IMG/VR virus record: IMGVR_UViG_3300018910_000023
Coordinates: 1-54,610 of that record
Strand: one strand, 5' to 3'
Length of the DNA: 54,610 nt
Source of the DNA: a virus
Lineage: Duplodnaviria; Caudoviricetes
Part shown: positions 1 through 9,785 of the stretch, piece after piece
Layout: each line of letters starts with the position of its first letter
Numbering within the stretch: the stretch's first letter is position 1
Translations under genes and position numbers: made by a program
The notes under the pieces: model-generated
Databases searched by the model: none
What the model saw: the letters and a program-made list of their open reading frames with translations, nothing else
Told to the model about the DNA's origin: nothing

Positions 1-127
1 TTTGCGCTTGAACCATATTGATTAATCCTTCGCATCCTTTCTTTTGAATACTTTGATTATGCTTGGTCACATTCGGAATGGTGATCAACAGCAGGATGGA
101 GATCACAAGCATGACGACTAACATTTC
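1..127 (-). pseudogene. comGC: Competence major pseudopilin ComGC, 3' fragment (runs off window)
   Basis: Minus strand reads EMLVVMLVISILLLITIPNVTKHNQSIQKKGCEGLINMVQAQ. Confidence 0.93.
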
Positions 128-151
128 AATAAATATGGGTAATAACCCTTA
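123..151. other. Left attachment site (core ATTTC 123-127, phage arm 128-151)
   Basis: Arm aataaatatgggtaataaccctta is a near-perfect inverted copy of the arm at 54462-54486. Confidence 0.9.
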
Positions 152-249
152 AATGATTATGAATCTGATTTCCAGAAAACACACAAAACGTCTAAAGTAT
201 TGAAGAATTTTTGTCGATAATTATAAAAGGATATTTAATGGAGGGAAAA

Positions 250-939
250 ATGAAAAGGTTATTGACATTAATGTTTGTAGTTACGGTATTAACCGCTTGT
301 TCAAACCCAAATAAACAGCCCGAGGAAGAAAAAGCAGTTCATCAAACTAAGACAACATCGAATCAAAAAGAGAAGAAAATTAAAACGCATAAGCTGACTG
401 ATAAAGATAAACGTTTTATTCAGCTTATAAAAGATGGTGAATACGATAAAGTCATTAAAGAAACAAGCGATTTAAGGGACGTCTTTGAAAAGGATTATTA
501 TTTTATTGCATCTGTCTATAAAAAGGAAAAAGAATTAAAAGAAACACATTCAGGCACTTACGATGACTATTCTTACATGAGTGCAATGTTAGATAAAGTT
601 GTTTATATGGATAGCCATGATGATTTACAAGTGCAGCAATTCAAAAAGATGAACAACAAAAGAATGGAATGCGCGAAAAAAGAACAAGACATAGTTAAAG
701 AAGCAGAAAGAAAAGAAGAGGAAAAAAACGAAAAGCTTGACGCTATAAATGAACGAACGGCCAATCCGAAAGAGGTTTCAATTGGTATGACTACTGAAGA
801 AGTGTTAACTGAAGGATGGGGTCGGCCAATTGATATTAACACAACTGTCACAAGTAATGGTAAACGCGAGCAATGGGTCTACAAAGGAAACAAATATCTC
901 TACTTTGAAGACGGTGTATTAACTTCAATTCAATATTAA
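250..939 (+). CDS. Lipoprotein with C-terminal BamE/SmpA-like domain
   Basis: RBS ggaggg before ATG 250; lipobox LTAC; IGMTTEEV..WGRP..EQWVY..YLYFEDG motif. Confidence 0.8.
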   Translation: MKRLLTLMFVVTVLTACSNPNKQPEEEKAVHQTKTTSNQKEKKIKTHKLTDKDKRFIQLIKDGEYDKVIKETSDLRDVFEKDYYFIASVYKKEKELKETHSGTYDDYSYMSAMLDKVVYMDSHDDLQVQQFKKMNNKRMECAKKEQDIVKEAERKEEEKNEKLDAINERTANPKEVSIGMTTEEVLTEGWGRPIDINTTVTSNGKREQWVYKGNKYLYFEDGVLTSIQY

Positions 940-943
940 CAAC

Positions 944-978
944 AAACACTCCCCTATTTCTAAAGGGTGAGTGTTTTT
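944..978 (+). terminator. Intrinsic terminator
   Basis: aaacactc-ccc...ggg-t-gagtgttttt hairpin with T tract. Confidence 0.6.
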
Positions 979-1105
979 AATTTGTTCAAAACAATCTCCT
1001 GCTTTTGCGCAAATGAAAAAATAAAAGATTTGTGAAGAATTTAACGAATTCAAGGAGTTAAACACTCGGAAAAGAATTTTTATAAAAGAAAGGAGTGAAT
1101 TTCGT

Positions 1106-1846
1106 ATGACGGTTGAAGGCTTGTATGAAACTTCGATAAGATCTATGTTCCGCCAAGAAATTTCTATGATGGTTAAATCGTTTTCAGTCGAGAATCAAAA
1201 AAAGCAACTCAAATCTTATCTCACCATGAAGGAGGTTTCGAAAAAAACCGGTTTAGGTCTTTCTACTATAGGTGATTTAATGCGTAGAAGAGCCATGCCT
1301 CATCTTCGAGTCAAAAGCAAAGTTCTTTTTCTTGAAGAAGAGATCAGGCCTACAATTATGCATTACAAAGAATTTGGTTGGACTGATCCTGATGATGAAT
1401 GGGATGTTGCAAAAGCTTTTAAAGACGTTGAAAATTTAAGAAACCCTAAGGAGGAGCCGACCATGATCGAAGAAGCACTTAGAAAAATTATCAGGGATGA
1501 GTTAGAAGTATTTGTCCAAGATATAAAGAATGCGACATCTAAAGAAAATTATATGGGACGCACTAACTTAACGATTAAAGAAGCTGCTAAGTATTTTCGG
1601 ACAAGCCCATCCACAATAACCAATTTAATTCATGAGGAAGGTATGCCTCATATTCGTATGGGAAGTCGCTACATAATTGTCTTAGAAGAAGCTGAAGCTT
1701 TTCTTTGGAGGGAAACTGCAAAAAGATACGCTGATACCGGGAATATTTATTGGACAAGAATTTTAGAACGTATTGATTACGAAGATAAAAAACGAAAAGC
1801 TGCATTTGAAAAAGCAATGTATAACCTTGAAAATTCATTCAAATAA
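1106..1846 (+). CDS. Tandem excisionase-like (HTH_17/MerR-like) DNA-binding protein
   Basis: Two domains: YLTMKEVS..MPHLRV and NLTIKEAA..MPHIRMG. Confidence 0.75.
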   Translation: MTVEGLYETSIRSMFRQEISMMVKSFSVENQKKQLKSYLTMKEVSKKTGLGLSTIGDLMRRRAMPHLRVKSKVLFLEEEIRPTIMHYKEFGWTDPDDEWDVAKAFKDVENLRNPKEEPTMIEEALRKIIRDELEVFVQDIKNATSKENYMGRTNLTIKEAAKYFRTSPSTITNLIHEEGMPHIRMGSRYIIVLEEAEAFLWRETAKRYADTGNIYWTRILERIDYEDKKRKAAFEKAMYNLENSFK

Positions 1847-1945
1847 ATGTTCTGCATTTTAAACTTTTAAAAAGCGTGAAACAGATAACGTCTCACGCTT
1901 TAATTTAAAAATAATTAATCCGATGTTGATGCTGTTGTTACGCAA

Positions 1946-3010
1946 CTATTTCTTTTCCTCCCCTTCTTCCACTTCGACGAAGTGATATCTAGAGATTGAT
2001 ATGATTTCCTTGCAATGTTCACATTCAAGTCCCCAATCATATTGGACTTTAAATGCCTGGTCCTTATTGATCAATATTTCTTTCTCACAATTATCACAAT
2101 ATAATGGTATCCTAGTATCCGCTAAGACATCCTCAATAAACTTTTTTCCTAACTCGTTGTCTACCCTACTATACCATTTTACAAGTAAAAAAATATTATT
2201 ATAAGTTTTCGTCGAAAGAGGGATTTTTTCAAATAATTGTTCATATACAAGGATCACAACTCCAGTTGAATAAAGCAGCAATAAAGGGACTTTGGTATAA
2301 AAATAATGCCACCTTTCTTTAAAGTCCTCTTCAGTTAAGAAGATATCATTAAAATCTTTTGTTCTTATTTTTCTTGCTGTTGTGACCAAATGATTTGCCG
2401 AATTCCACATAAGTTCTAACCCGAAAGGGGCATTATAATCATATCTTAATTTGTACATATAATTATCATCTGGAAAATGTAAAAGCTCTTTAAATTCATT
2501 TTTCTTCATAACTTCATTTAAAATATTCATCATTTTTTCTTTTTTGAATTTTCTTATTCTGCCAACCTCATATTCTTCTATTTTTCCCGTGTCAACAAGT
2601 GACAACAATTCATCTCCATGAGTAGCCAACCATTCTAGATAAAATAAATTATCCTTAAACGGTTTTCTTAATAGCGTAAATGAAATTGCTGTTTTTCCTT
2701 TTTCAGATGCTTTTAAAGACTCTAATACGTAGCTCAAAAAATCTGCTAATATCGCATGAAACATTTTTCTTTTTAGAATTAAATTTGCTTCTTTTTCGTA
2801 ACCGTTGGCTCTTAACCAGTCAAAAAAGTCATCAGTTCTTTCAAGCCCTTTTAAACTAGGCCTCCCATTCTCCTCTATTTTATAACTCATTCGATATCCA
2901 TCTTCCATACATTCATCAAAAATACTCAAGCACACATCATGTAAATACAAACAAAAATTATGATCAATTAAATGCTTTTCTGGCAAATGTCCGTCATCAT
3001 AATATGGCAT
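1946..3010 (-). CDS. Hypothetical protein, possibly HEPN-like, with C-terminal Zn ribbon
   Basis: 354-aa ORF with RBS; CDNC...CEHC; helical core. Confidence 0.65.
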   Translation of the reverse strand: MPYYDDGHLPEKHLIDHNFCLYLHDVCLSIFDECMEDGYRMSYKIEENGRPSLKGLERTDDFFDWLRANGYEKEANLILKRKMFHAILADFLSYVLESLKASEKGKTAISFTLLRKPFKDNLFYLEWLATHGDELLSLVDTGKIEEYEVGRIRKFKKEKMMNILNEVMKKNEFKELLHFPDDNYMYKLRYDYNAPFGLELMWNSANHLVTTARKIRTKDFNDIFLTEEDFKERWHYFYTKVPLLLLYSTGVVILVYEQLFEKIPLSTKTYNNIFLLVKWYSRVDNELGKKFIEDVLADTRIPLYCDNCEKEILINKDQAFKVQYDWGLECEHCKEIISISRYHFVEVEEGEEKK

Positions 3011-3035
3011 ACACTTCTCCCCCCTTTAAAAGTGT

Positions 3036-3362
3036 TCAGAGGATTTCTGCAAAAGTTCTATTGTTTAATTTACCAAACTCAACTTTGGCAGGGAACATAT
3101 CGACTCCTTGTAATTTTAACCCCATGAAATTCTCCACCCAGCCAAGTAAATCGATAGGTAAACGATATGCTACAACTTCTCCATTTGACTCTTTGACAGT
3201 AACAATTGGATCTCTCTGCCCTCCTAAAATCCCTACAGAAAGAACATGATGTACCGCTCCCTTTTCCTTTTCGTTTATCAAAACTGGCACTTTGAGAAAC
3301 TCATGTTTTTTAATATCTTTATAAATTTTTGCCCCTGCCTTATTTATAATAAAATCTGCCAT
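3036..3362 (-). CDS. Hypothetical protein
   Basis: RBS gaagggg before ATG 3362; co-oriented with downstream gene. Confidence 0.65.
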   Translation of the reverse strand: MADFIINKAGAKIYKDIKKHEFLKVPVLINEKEKGAVHHVLSVGILGGQRDPIVTVKESNGEVVAYRLPIDLLGWVENFMGLKLQGVDMFPAKVEFGKLNNRTFAEIL

Positions 3363-3635
3363 CAAAACCCCTTCTTTCAATTTTTTTGACATGGATAATT
3401 TTATCATTATTTTAGAATTTTTAATATTATTTTCCTTAGTTCATAGTGTAATGTAGGGGGGAGATGATCAGGCATATCTATTTACTGCTATGTAGTGTGA
3501 TGTTTAAATTCACCCAAATCAAATCAAGATATGTCATATATACCAAATAATGATGTTTCTTCTAATAAATCCTTTTAGGTTTGCCTCATTGCATTTATAA
3601 TGATATTGATAGCGAATGATGAGGAGGTATCTAGC

Positions 3636-4493
3636 TTGAAAGATTTTTGGATGTACGAAGATGACGATCCATACACTTTGAAGAAAGTAACAGAGAAAGA
3701 TATTCTGAAAGCTGAAAAAAAGTTAGGTGTAATACTCCCGAAGGAGTATAAAGAGCTTATTCTTCAACAAAATGGTGGATACATCAATTATAATGCTTTC
3801 CCTACTGATCAGCCTACTTCCTGGGCAAAGGATCATATTGAATTTGACTATTTATTAGGCTTAGGAAAAAAAGAAGGAATTCTTGAAAGCCAGTATTTAA
3901 TTAAAGAATGGGGATTGCCTGACAACCTTATTCTAATTCATGGGGATGGCCATACTTGGGTTGCTTTAGACTATAGAGATACAAAAGAAAATCCACCTGT
4001 TCATTACTTTGATTCAGAGCTACAAGAAAATTTTAGATTAGCAGATTCATTCGGGGAATTTCTCTCTAAACTATACACAGATGATTCGGTTGATATTGAT
4101 GATATTGAAAACTTACAGGGAATTAATCCTGAGGACTATGAACTTTCATATATTACACCTGATCATCCAGATGCAATTACAAAAGAAGAAGCTGAAAACA
4201 TCCTAAATAAAAATATAGATATAGAGCTACACAGGGTTACTTTATACCCTATTCAAAGTTTTGAAGATCTAAAATGGCTGCTTACCAAAATAAAAGAAAG
4301 TTCGGCAAATGCCAATCGTGCAACTGCAATAGAACTAGCCAGTGCTTTAGAAACAATCATTTCTTACCATAAAAATTTAACATTTGATAATGAAGAAACA
4401 AGTCTATTGGTTAAGGAAATCGTGGCTACGCTTGAAAAACTGAATGACTCAATTTTAGATATACTCCTTTCACAAATAAAAGATTTTTTTTAA
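3636..4493 (+). CDS. SMI1/KNR4 (SUKH) family immunity protein
   Basis: AEKKLGVILPKEYKELILQQNGG and GDGHTWVALDYR..ADSFGEFL motifs; RBS ggagg before TTG 3636. Confidence 0.88.
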   Translation: MKDFWMYEDDDPYTLKKVTEKDILKAEKKLGVILPKEYKELILQQNGGYINYNAFPTDQPTSWAKDHIEFDYLLGLGKKEGILESQYLIKEWGLPDNLILIHGDGHTWVALDYRDTKENPPVHYFDSELQENFRLADSFGEFLSKLYTDDSVDIDDIENLQGINPEDYELSYITPDHPDAITKEEAENILNKNIDIELHRVTLYPIQSFEDLKWLLTKIKESSANANRATAIELASALETIISYHKNLTFDNEETSLLVKEIVATLEKLNDSILDILLSQIKDFF

Positions 4494-4572
4494 AAAACAA
4501 CATTCGTGTTGTTTTTTTCTATTTTTATAGTATTATGGTTATGTTACCAAATAATACTATAAAGGAGTAATT

Positions 4573-5433
4573 ATGAAGAAAACGAGACAATTTTTATGTG
4601 CTGTTGTCCCCCTTCTGCTTTTGGTTTCATTTATTTTACCGGAATTCGCTAAAGCTGAATCCCCTCATCAAGTCTACTCCACAGAACAAACATCACAGAC
4701 TTCAAACGAAGACACTTCCCTTCCTGAAGATGAGGAATACAATAACTACATAGAGTCTACATATGAAGATTATTCTGACTTTGAGGAATCTAAGTATTAT
4801 GAGGGATGGGAAAACTACCCTGTATACCAGGGTGAACTTGAAGACGATATCACAGATGAAGAGTTAGAAACAGTTTCTGATGACATTTTTCATGATGAAA
4901 GCAATGAAATTATTGAAACAGAACATTCACCAATTCCAGACGACATAGGGAAAAATGAAGACATTGCTCAAGTTCAATATGTATGGCTGATCCCTCCCGC
5001 AACTGCGATTGTTTCAAGGGTTGGCGGTAAACTTTTTGTTAAACAATATTTGAAGAAGACAACCAAAAACATAAGAGTTAAAAACGGAAAACTGGCCAAT
5101 AAGAAACACCCTAAAACCGGTATATTTTTCAATCCAAAGGGCTTTCCAGTCTTCAATTCAAAGTACACTTATACGCTTCCGAAACTTTTAATAAAATCAA
5201 GCAACAAAACTCAATTTAAATACGCAAATGAATCTTTAAGAATTGCAATTAGGTCACCGAAACACGCTAAAAAATTTAATTCAGCACAAAGAGGAGATAT
5301 TATGATGGGCAAGACACCTAGAGGTTATGTTTGGCATCATCACCAAGACACTGGAAAGCTTCAGCTAGTAAATAAAACTATCCATCAAAAAACCGGACAT
5401 ACTGGTGGAAAATCTATATGGGGAAAACTCTAA
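4573..5433 (+). CDS. Secreted HNH/EndoVII (WHH-type) nuclease toxin
   Basis: Sec signal ending AKA; acidic linker; C-terminal GYVWHHHQD..QLV..H..TGHTGG..W. Confidence 0.85.
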   Translation: MKKTRQFLCAVVPLLLLVSFILPEFAKAESPHQVYSTEQTSQTSNEDTSLPEDEEYNNYIESTYEDYSDFEESKYYEGWENYPVYQGELEDDITDEELETVSDDIFHDESNEIIETEHSPIPDDIGKNEDIAQVQYVWLIPPATAIVSRVGGKLFVKQYLKKTTKNIRVKNGKLANKKHPKTGIFFNPKGFPVFNSKYTYTLPKLLIKSSNKTQFKYANESLRIAIRSPKHAKKFNSAQRGDIMMGKTPRGYVWHHHQDTGKLQLVNKTIHQKTGHTGGKSIWGKL

Positions 5434-5434
5434 T

Positions 5435-5469
5435 AAAAACCGGCCCTTTTCTAAAGGGCTGGTTTTTTT
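5435..5469. terminator. Bidirectional terminator between toxin and endolysin
   Basis: aaaaaccggccctt-ttct-aaagggctggttttttt. Confidence 0.8.
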
Positions 5470-5472
5470 GAA

Positions 5473-6546
5473 TCAAAATGATTCCAATTTCGCTTTCGTT
5501 TTCGGTCCGTAAATTCCGTCGGCAGACAGCCCGTGCATCATCTGAAACCGTTTGACCGCGTTCGCCGTTTTCGGCCCGTAATAGCCATCTATGCCGTTAT
5601 TCTTCGCCCCTTTATCTGGATAGAAATAGAGTGCAGCTAAAGCCTCCTGAATCTGCCGGACGGCCGTCCCTTTCATCAGTGGGCTTTTTACCTTATAGAT
5701 GCCAGACGGCAGCGGGTAGGATGATTTTTTGCCGCTTGAGGAAGGCTTTTTCTTTTTCGCTTCAATAGCTGCAAGCGCCTTTTCGGTAGCCGGTCCGTAA
5801 ATTCCATCCACCACGATACCCGCTTTCTTTTGCAGAGCTTTGACGGCCTGCACTGTTTCATTTCCGTAAGACCCATCAGCCCCGTATTTCGGCAGTGAGA
5901 AGCCAGCGGCAATCAAACGTTTCTGCAGCGACTTGACCTTGGAACCGGACGACCCTTTTTTCAGGATAGTCCCTGTGGATTTGCTTGACTGGCTCGTGGG
6001 TGATGTTGTCTTTGATACAGTTTTATTTCCAAGCAGAGCATCAACTTTTTTCCTGAATGCCACCAACTGGCTGGAATCGCTCACCCACGGTGCCGGACAA
6101 ATTTTGTTTGTTACATCGTAATGGCGGACGATTTTGTTAGTAGAAAGACCGTAACGCTTGCACAGGTCGGCAACCAATTCAGCGGCATTCTGAACCGTTT
6201 CACTGTGAATCCTGCCATCTTTTTCGACACACATTTCAACGCTGATTGACTTTGTGTTGGCGTTCGGTTTAAGAAAACTCACATAACAGCGATTTTTATC
6301 ATGTGCATGGTACGCGACTTCATTTTCAGGAATGATGTGCTGCGCTTCTTTACGGTCCACAAAATAATGAGCTGAAGCTTTGCGTTTAATGGCTATACAT
6401 GTGCCATTGAAGTAATCCCTCTCATTCAATGCAGAAGCGCCCGGCGTCGCCGTATAGTGCATAACAATCCCTTTCACTCCCGCCAACTTCAGCCCTGGCC
6501 GGGTATATTGATTGACTTTCACAAAGTTTTTCACGACTTTAACCAT
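5473..6546 (-). CDS. cwlL: Endolysin, N-acetylmuramoyl-L-alanine amidase (Amidase_2 + two PG-binding domains)
   Basis: IVMHYT, SAHYFVD, VRHYDV..CP motifs; DGIYGP repeats; resembles B. licheniformis CwlL. Confidence 0.92.
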   Translation of the reverse strand: MVKVVKNFVKVNQYTRPGLKLAGVKGIVMHYTATPGASALNERDYFNGTCIAIKRKASAHYFVDRKEAQHIIPENEVAYHAHDKNRCYVSFLKPNANTKSISVEMCVEKDGRIHSETVQNAAELVADLCKRYGLSTNKIVRHYDVTNKICPAPWVSDSSQLVAFRKKVDALLGNKTVSKTTSPTSQSSKSTGTILKKGSSGSKVKSLQKRLIAAGFSLPKYGADGSYGNETVQAVKALQKKAGIVVDGIYGPATEKALAAIEAKKKKPSSSGKKSSYPLPSGIYKVKSPLMKGTAVRQIQEALAALYFYPDKGAKNNGIDGYYGPKTANAVKRFQMMHGLSADGIYGPKTKAKLESF

Positions 6547-6597
6547 TTGAACCCCTCCTATTTTGTTTTAAATAAAAAAGGCTGCCAGACGGCAACC

Positions 6598-6861
6598 TCA
6601 TTTTGTTAATCCTTTTTGTTTTAACACTTCTTTTTGCTGTTTACCTTTACCGGTGACATAGTTGTTTTTAAACCAAGCGACCAACGTCGTGACGATTGTA
6701 AAAATCGTAGAGCAAGTTAAATACAAAGCGTCGGCCAGCGTATTGACCTGGTCCTCACTGATCGGCAAAGCTGCCTTTCCAAACATGATCAATGTCTGGT
6801 TTACCAATGCAATAAAAAGAAGCACCGTCCGGACGACCGTGCCTTTATCAAAGTTTTTCAT
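6598..6861 (-). CDS. xhlB: SPP1-family holin
   Basis: [16 protein letters not shown]...AWFKNNYVT; next to endolysin. Confidence 0.9.
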   Translation of the reverse strand: MKNFDKGTVVRTVLLFIALVNQTLIMFGKAALPISEDQVNTLADALYLTCSTIFTIVTTLVAWFKNNYVTGKGKQQKEVLKQKGLTK

Positions 6862-6876
6862 ATCGTGTTTTCCTCC

Positions 6877-7170
6877 TTATTTCTGCAGTAGATTATAAAA
6901 AACAGCGATTGCGCCGCCAATGATACCGGTGCTGACCGCTGTAATGATCGCTCCAGTGATGCTGCGCTTGATCCAAGTTGTGTTTTCCTCGATCTTGTTC
7001 AGCTTTTCATTGATAGAAATGATTTGCTGATCATGACGGTCAGTTGTTCTTTCGAGAGTAGTAATCCGCTGATCTTGTGTTTTTTGATCTGCTTTAATTT
7101 CTGCGATTTCTTTTTGTAAAACATCATAATCATTCGGTTGCGTCATGTCCCCTAATCCTCCTGTTCTCAC
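6877..7170 (-). CDS. xhlA: XhlA-family holin-associated protein
   Basis: Coiled coil, NTTWIKR, C-terminal TM segment; alternative start at MTQP. Confidence 0.88.
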   Translation of the reverse strand: MRTGGLGDMTQPNDYDVLQKEIAEIKADQKTQDQRITTLERTTDRHDQQIISINEKLNKIEENTTWIKRSITGAIITAVSTGIIGGAIAVFYNLLQK

Positions 7171-7227
7171 ATCGTTTTCACCTCCTTTGAGGCAAAATAA
7201 AAAACACCGTTGTTTTACGGTGTGATC

Positions 7228-8061
7228 TTACAAGAAATGAGTAACCACAAGGTTTTTAATTTTCACGTCTGTTTCTCCGTTATTGGTCAACATAAGTCGC
7301 GGAGAGGCAGCTAATAAATCAACCTTCTGAGCGTCCCGATCATTATTTTCTAATACAATGACATCTTCATAACCCTTCAGGGTATAGTTGCTTGTTCCCG
7401 GGATGATGTAAGTCATGCGAACACTCAGATTCGTCTTTTCATAAAGATAAATCGCAAGTCCAAGCTGATGACCTGCCGCATCAATATTTAGATAGATAGA
7501 CTCTCCTGCTTTGATGACCTGTTCTTCTAAAAAGCTTTCTGAAGTAATAGTTTTCAGCGCTTGTACAGGGAGACCATCAGCTGGAATGTCTAAAGAAGGA
7601 GCCTCGAATCCTCCTGAAACCCGGACATCCTGTTCACCTGATCCAAGTGATTGATATAGGGCAAAATCAGACTGTTCCAAGTTGCCGTTGACATATCGAA
7701 AACGATAATACCTTTTGGATAGATAAACCCATCCTGTGTCACCTAACTCATGTTCTGCTACATCGATAGATTCCGCTGTTGACCAAGAATTCCCGTCGTC
7801 ACTTTCTTCAACATATAATGACCCCGCTTTATCTGCAAAAGCATAGCCTCTAACCTTAGAAATGAGTACATCTCCCAGCCGGTCCTGACCATATTGGTTA
7901 TAAACCTCTGTAGCTTTAAGAGGCAGATTGGTCAACAGCTCTGCACCGCCGCTGACATCCATATTAGGAACTGTAAAATCCGTATCCCCCTCCCGAAATG
8001 GTTTCACCGCACCTGGTCTTGAATCAGCATCCAACGGAAACAAAAAATTGTATTTAGCCAA
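7228..8061 (-). CDS. xepA: XepA-like lytic protein
   Basis: KRYYRFRYVNG motif; position before xhlA as in PBSX. Confidence 0.8.
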   Translation of the reverse strand: MAKYNFLFPLDADSRPGAVKPFREGDTDFTVPNMDVSGGAELLTNLPLKATEVYNQYGQDRLGDVLISKVRGYAFADKAGSLYVEESDDGNSWSTAESIDVAEHELGDTGWVYLSKRYYRFRYVNGNLEQSDFALYQSLGSGEQDVRVSGGFEAPSLDIPADGLPVQALKTITSESFLEEQVIKAGESIYLNIDAAGHQLGLAIYLYEKTNLSVRMTYIIPGTSNYTLKGYEDVIVLENNDRDAQKVDLLAASPRLMLTNNGETDVKIKNLVVTHFL

Positions 8062-8161
8062 TGTTCATCCTCCTCTGTTTTTGTATATCTCTTTAATCTG
8101 GCTAATCGAACGGATGAAACACGCGCCATAGATCACCCCCTAAAAGGCAAAATAAAAAAGC

Positions 8162-8344
8162 CTATATGACGGCTTCCGGCGGGTATTCTTCATTAAAGAT
8201 TTCTTTGTACTGCTCAGGAGACACAAGCCTATTATCTACCCCATCTTTGAAGTCTTCTGAGGTACAGTCTTTATAATAGAGTGCTTGTTTCACCATGTCT
8301 GTTGTGGCCCAATTATAGTAAAGTGCCAACACCCAAAAGTTCAT
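8162..8344 (-). CDS. xkdX: XkdX family protein
   Basis: MNFWVLALYYNWAT..EQYKEI. Confidence 0.85.
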   Translation of the reverse strand: MNFWVLALYYNWATTDMVKQALYYKDCTSEDFKDGVDNRLVSPEQYKEIFNEEYPPEAVI

Positions 8345-8670
8345 TGCTGCTCCTCCCCTTTCAATTGAAGCGATTGAATCTTAAGCTTTGCCAGTTCCTG
8401 CCCCATAAGTTTGTATGACTCCTCGAGGGCTTTTCGAGCCAGCCTCTCCTCTGTCAGCTGGCGGCCAAGTGACTCTGTTAAGCTTGGCGGCGTATAGAGC
8501 TGACTCTTTTTTGATTCTTCCCACCACAACTGCAACTCCTCTTCCGACGGAATAGGCGTCCTTAAATTCCATTCTTCAATATAAGACCCATTTCCATCGT
8601 TTCTTAAGACAAAATCCTTTTTGGGAATGGCATCAGGATACTTGTACATGATGGCATCATATAAGATCAT
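8341..8670 (-). CDS. xkdW: XkdW family tail fibre assembly protein
   Basis: MILYDAIMYKYP..DFVLRNDGNGSYIEEWN. Confidence 0.85.
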   Translation of the reverse strand: MILYDAIMYKYPDAIPKKDFVLRNDGNGSYIEEWNLRTPIPSEEELQLWWEESKKSQLYTPPSLTESLGRQLTEERLARKALEESYKLMGQELAKLKIQSLQLKGEEQQ

Positions 8671-8681
8671 AAGCTCGCCTC

Positions 8682-9785
8682 CTAAATGTTTCGGTAATTC
8701 CGACCGCCTAATTCCAAAATATCGAAATAATTAAGAACCCCATTGCTGTCCATGATATAACGGGTCTTGGATCCGGAATAACCCGCATACACGTAAATCT
8801 CGATATAATCTCCTTCATCAAGTGGAACGTTTACTGTGCCTGTCACCGTCGCGTGAAATTCTGTTGAATCGCTGTTATCTTTTGGAGATGGAATGATGAA
8901 GCGATTCATCAATTTATTTTTAGCTCCGTTCTTATAAACATAAAGCTCAAAGTTTGAATATTGGAGTGAGTTTTCAATATACAGACTTGCGCCTACCAGG
9001 TACATACCGGAATGACTGGCCTTAAATCTGTTGTTTTTCGTATCAAACAATTTATGGCTGTCTTTGATGATTCGGTTGAATTTGATTTTCTGGAGTTCCC
9101 CTCTTATCAAAGCTTGTCTGCCCGTTGTCCCTATGTTCGCATGGGCAAAACCAGATATTTTTTCCCATTGGGTCCAGCCAGACTCATTCCACCAGTGCCG
9201 AATCCATGTCCCCGTATTATAGTAATAATCACCGGTTTCATTTGCGGTCCCATAAAAGTATTGAGTAAAACGATAGTTCGAACGCTTTTCGTTTTTCACA
9301 AATCCATAGCTGAGTGGATAACCAGTTTTATTGCCCTGGCCAATATCCATTAGTGTAATGCCGAGAGGATATTCACTTCCTGCAGTCCGGGCATCTTGTA
9401 TCGCCTCTGAATCTGGTAAGACAGTCAATTTCTCATTGGTAAACGTTTGATCCGCGTATGTTTTCGCATTCTCTTCGGCGCGATCTGCTTTTTCTTGGGC
9501 AGCACTCAGCGTTTCCTTGGCATTCCATTCTGCTCTTTCTTCTGCTGTAATATGGATCGTTTCATCGCCAACATGCCGATTAAATTCAGCTTTTGAAGCT
9601 TGCTGCACATCCTCTACATTTCCAAGCCCGATTTGGTCCTTTGTCGTGCCATGCGGATTATTCAGATCATTTTTATGGGCAGCCAAATCGGTGTGCGCCT
9701 CTTTGATGCCTTTTTCCCAGCGGTTCACGTCATCTTCAGTTATCGGATCATCCGGGAGCCAGTCCGTCTTTTCTTTATAAGCCAT
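8682..9785 (-). CDS. xkdV: Tail fibre / receptor-binding protein (XkdV/YqcC-like)
   Basis: KTDW..D..NRWEKGI N-terminus, NPH.TTK.QIGLGNV motif, beta-rich C1q-like C-terminus. Confidence 0.75.
   Translation of the reverse strand: MAYKEKTDWLPDDPITEDDVNRWEKGIKEAHTDLAAHKNDLNNPHGTTKDQIGLGNVEDVQQASKAEFNRHVGDETIHITAEERAEWNAKETLSAAQEKADRAEENAKTYADQTFTNEKLTVLPDSEAIQDARTAGSEYPLGITLMDIGQGNKTGYPLSYGFVKNEKRSNYRFTQYFYGTANETGDYYYNTGTWIRHWWNESGWTQWEKISGFAHANIGTTGRQALIRGELQKIKFNRIIKDSHKLFDTKNNRFKASHSGMYLVGASLYIENSLQYSNFELYVYKNGAKNKLMNRFIIPSPKDNSDSTEFHATVTGTVNVPLDEGDYIEIYVYAGYSGSKTRYIMDSNGVLNYFDILELGGRNYRNI

Noticed and set aside
1010-1090. ComK box upstream of the HTH_17 gene
   Set aside because: Only one imperfect AAAA-N5-TTTT in AT-rich DNA; no properly spaced pair
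8004-8129. 41-aa minus-strand ORF with RBS overlapping the xepA start
   Set aside because: No recognisable features and out of frame over xepA; cannot be supported
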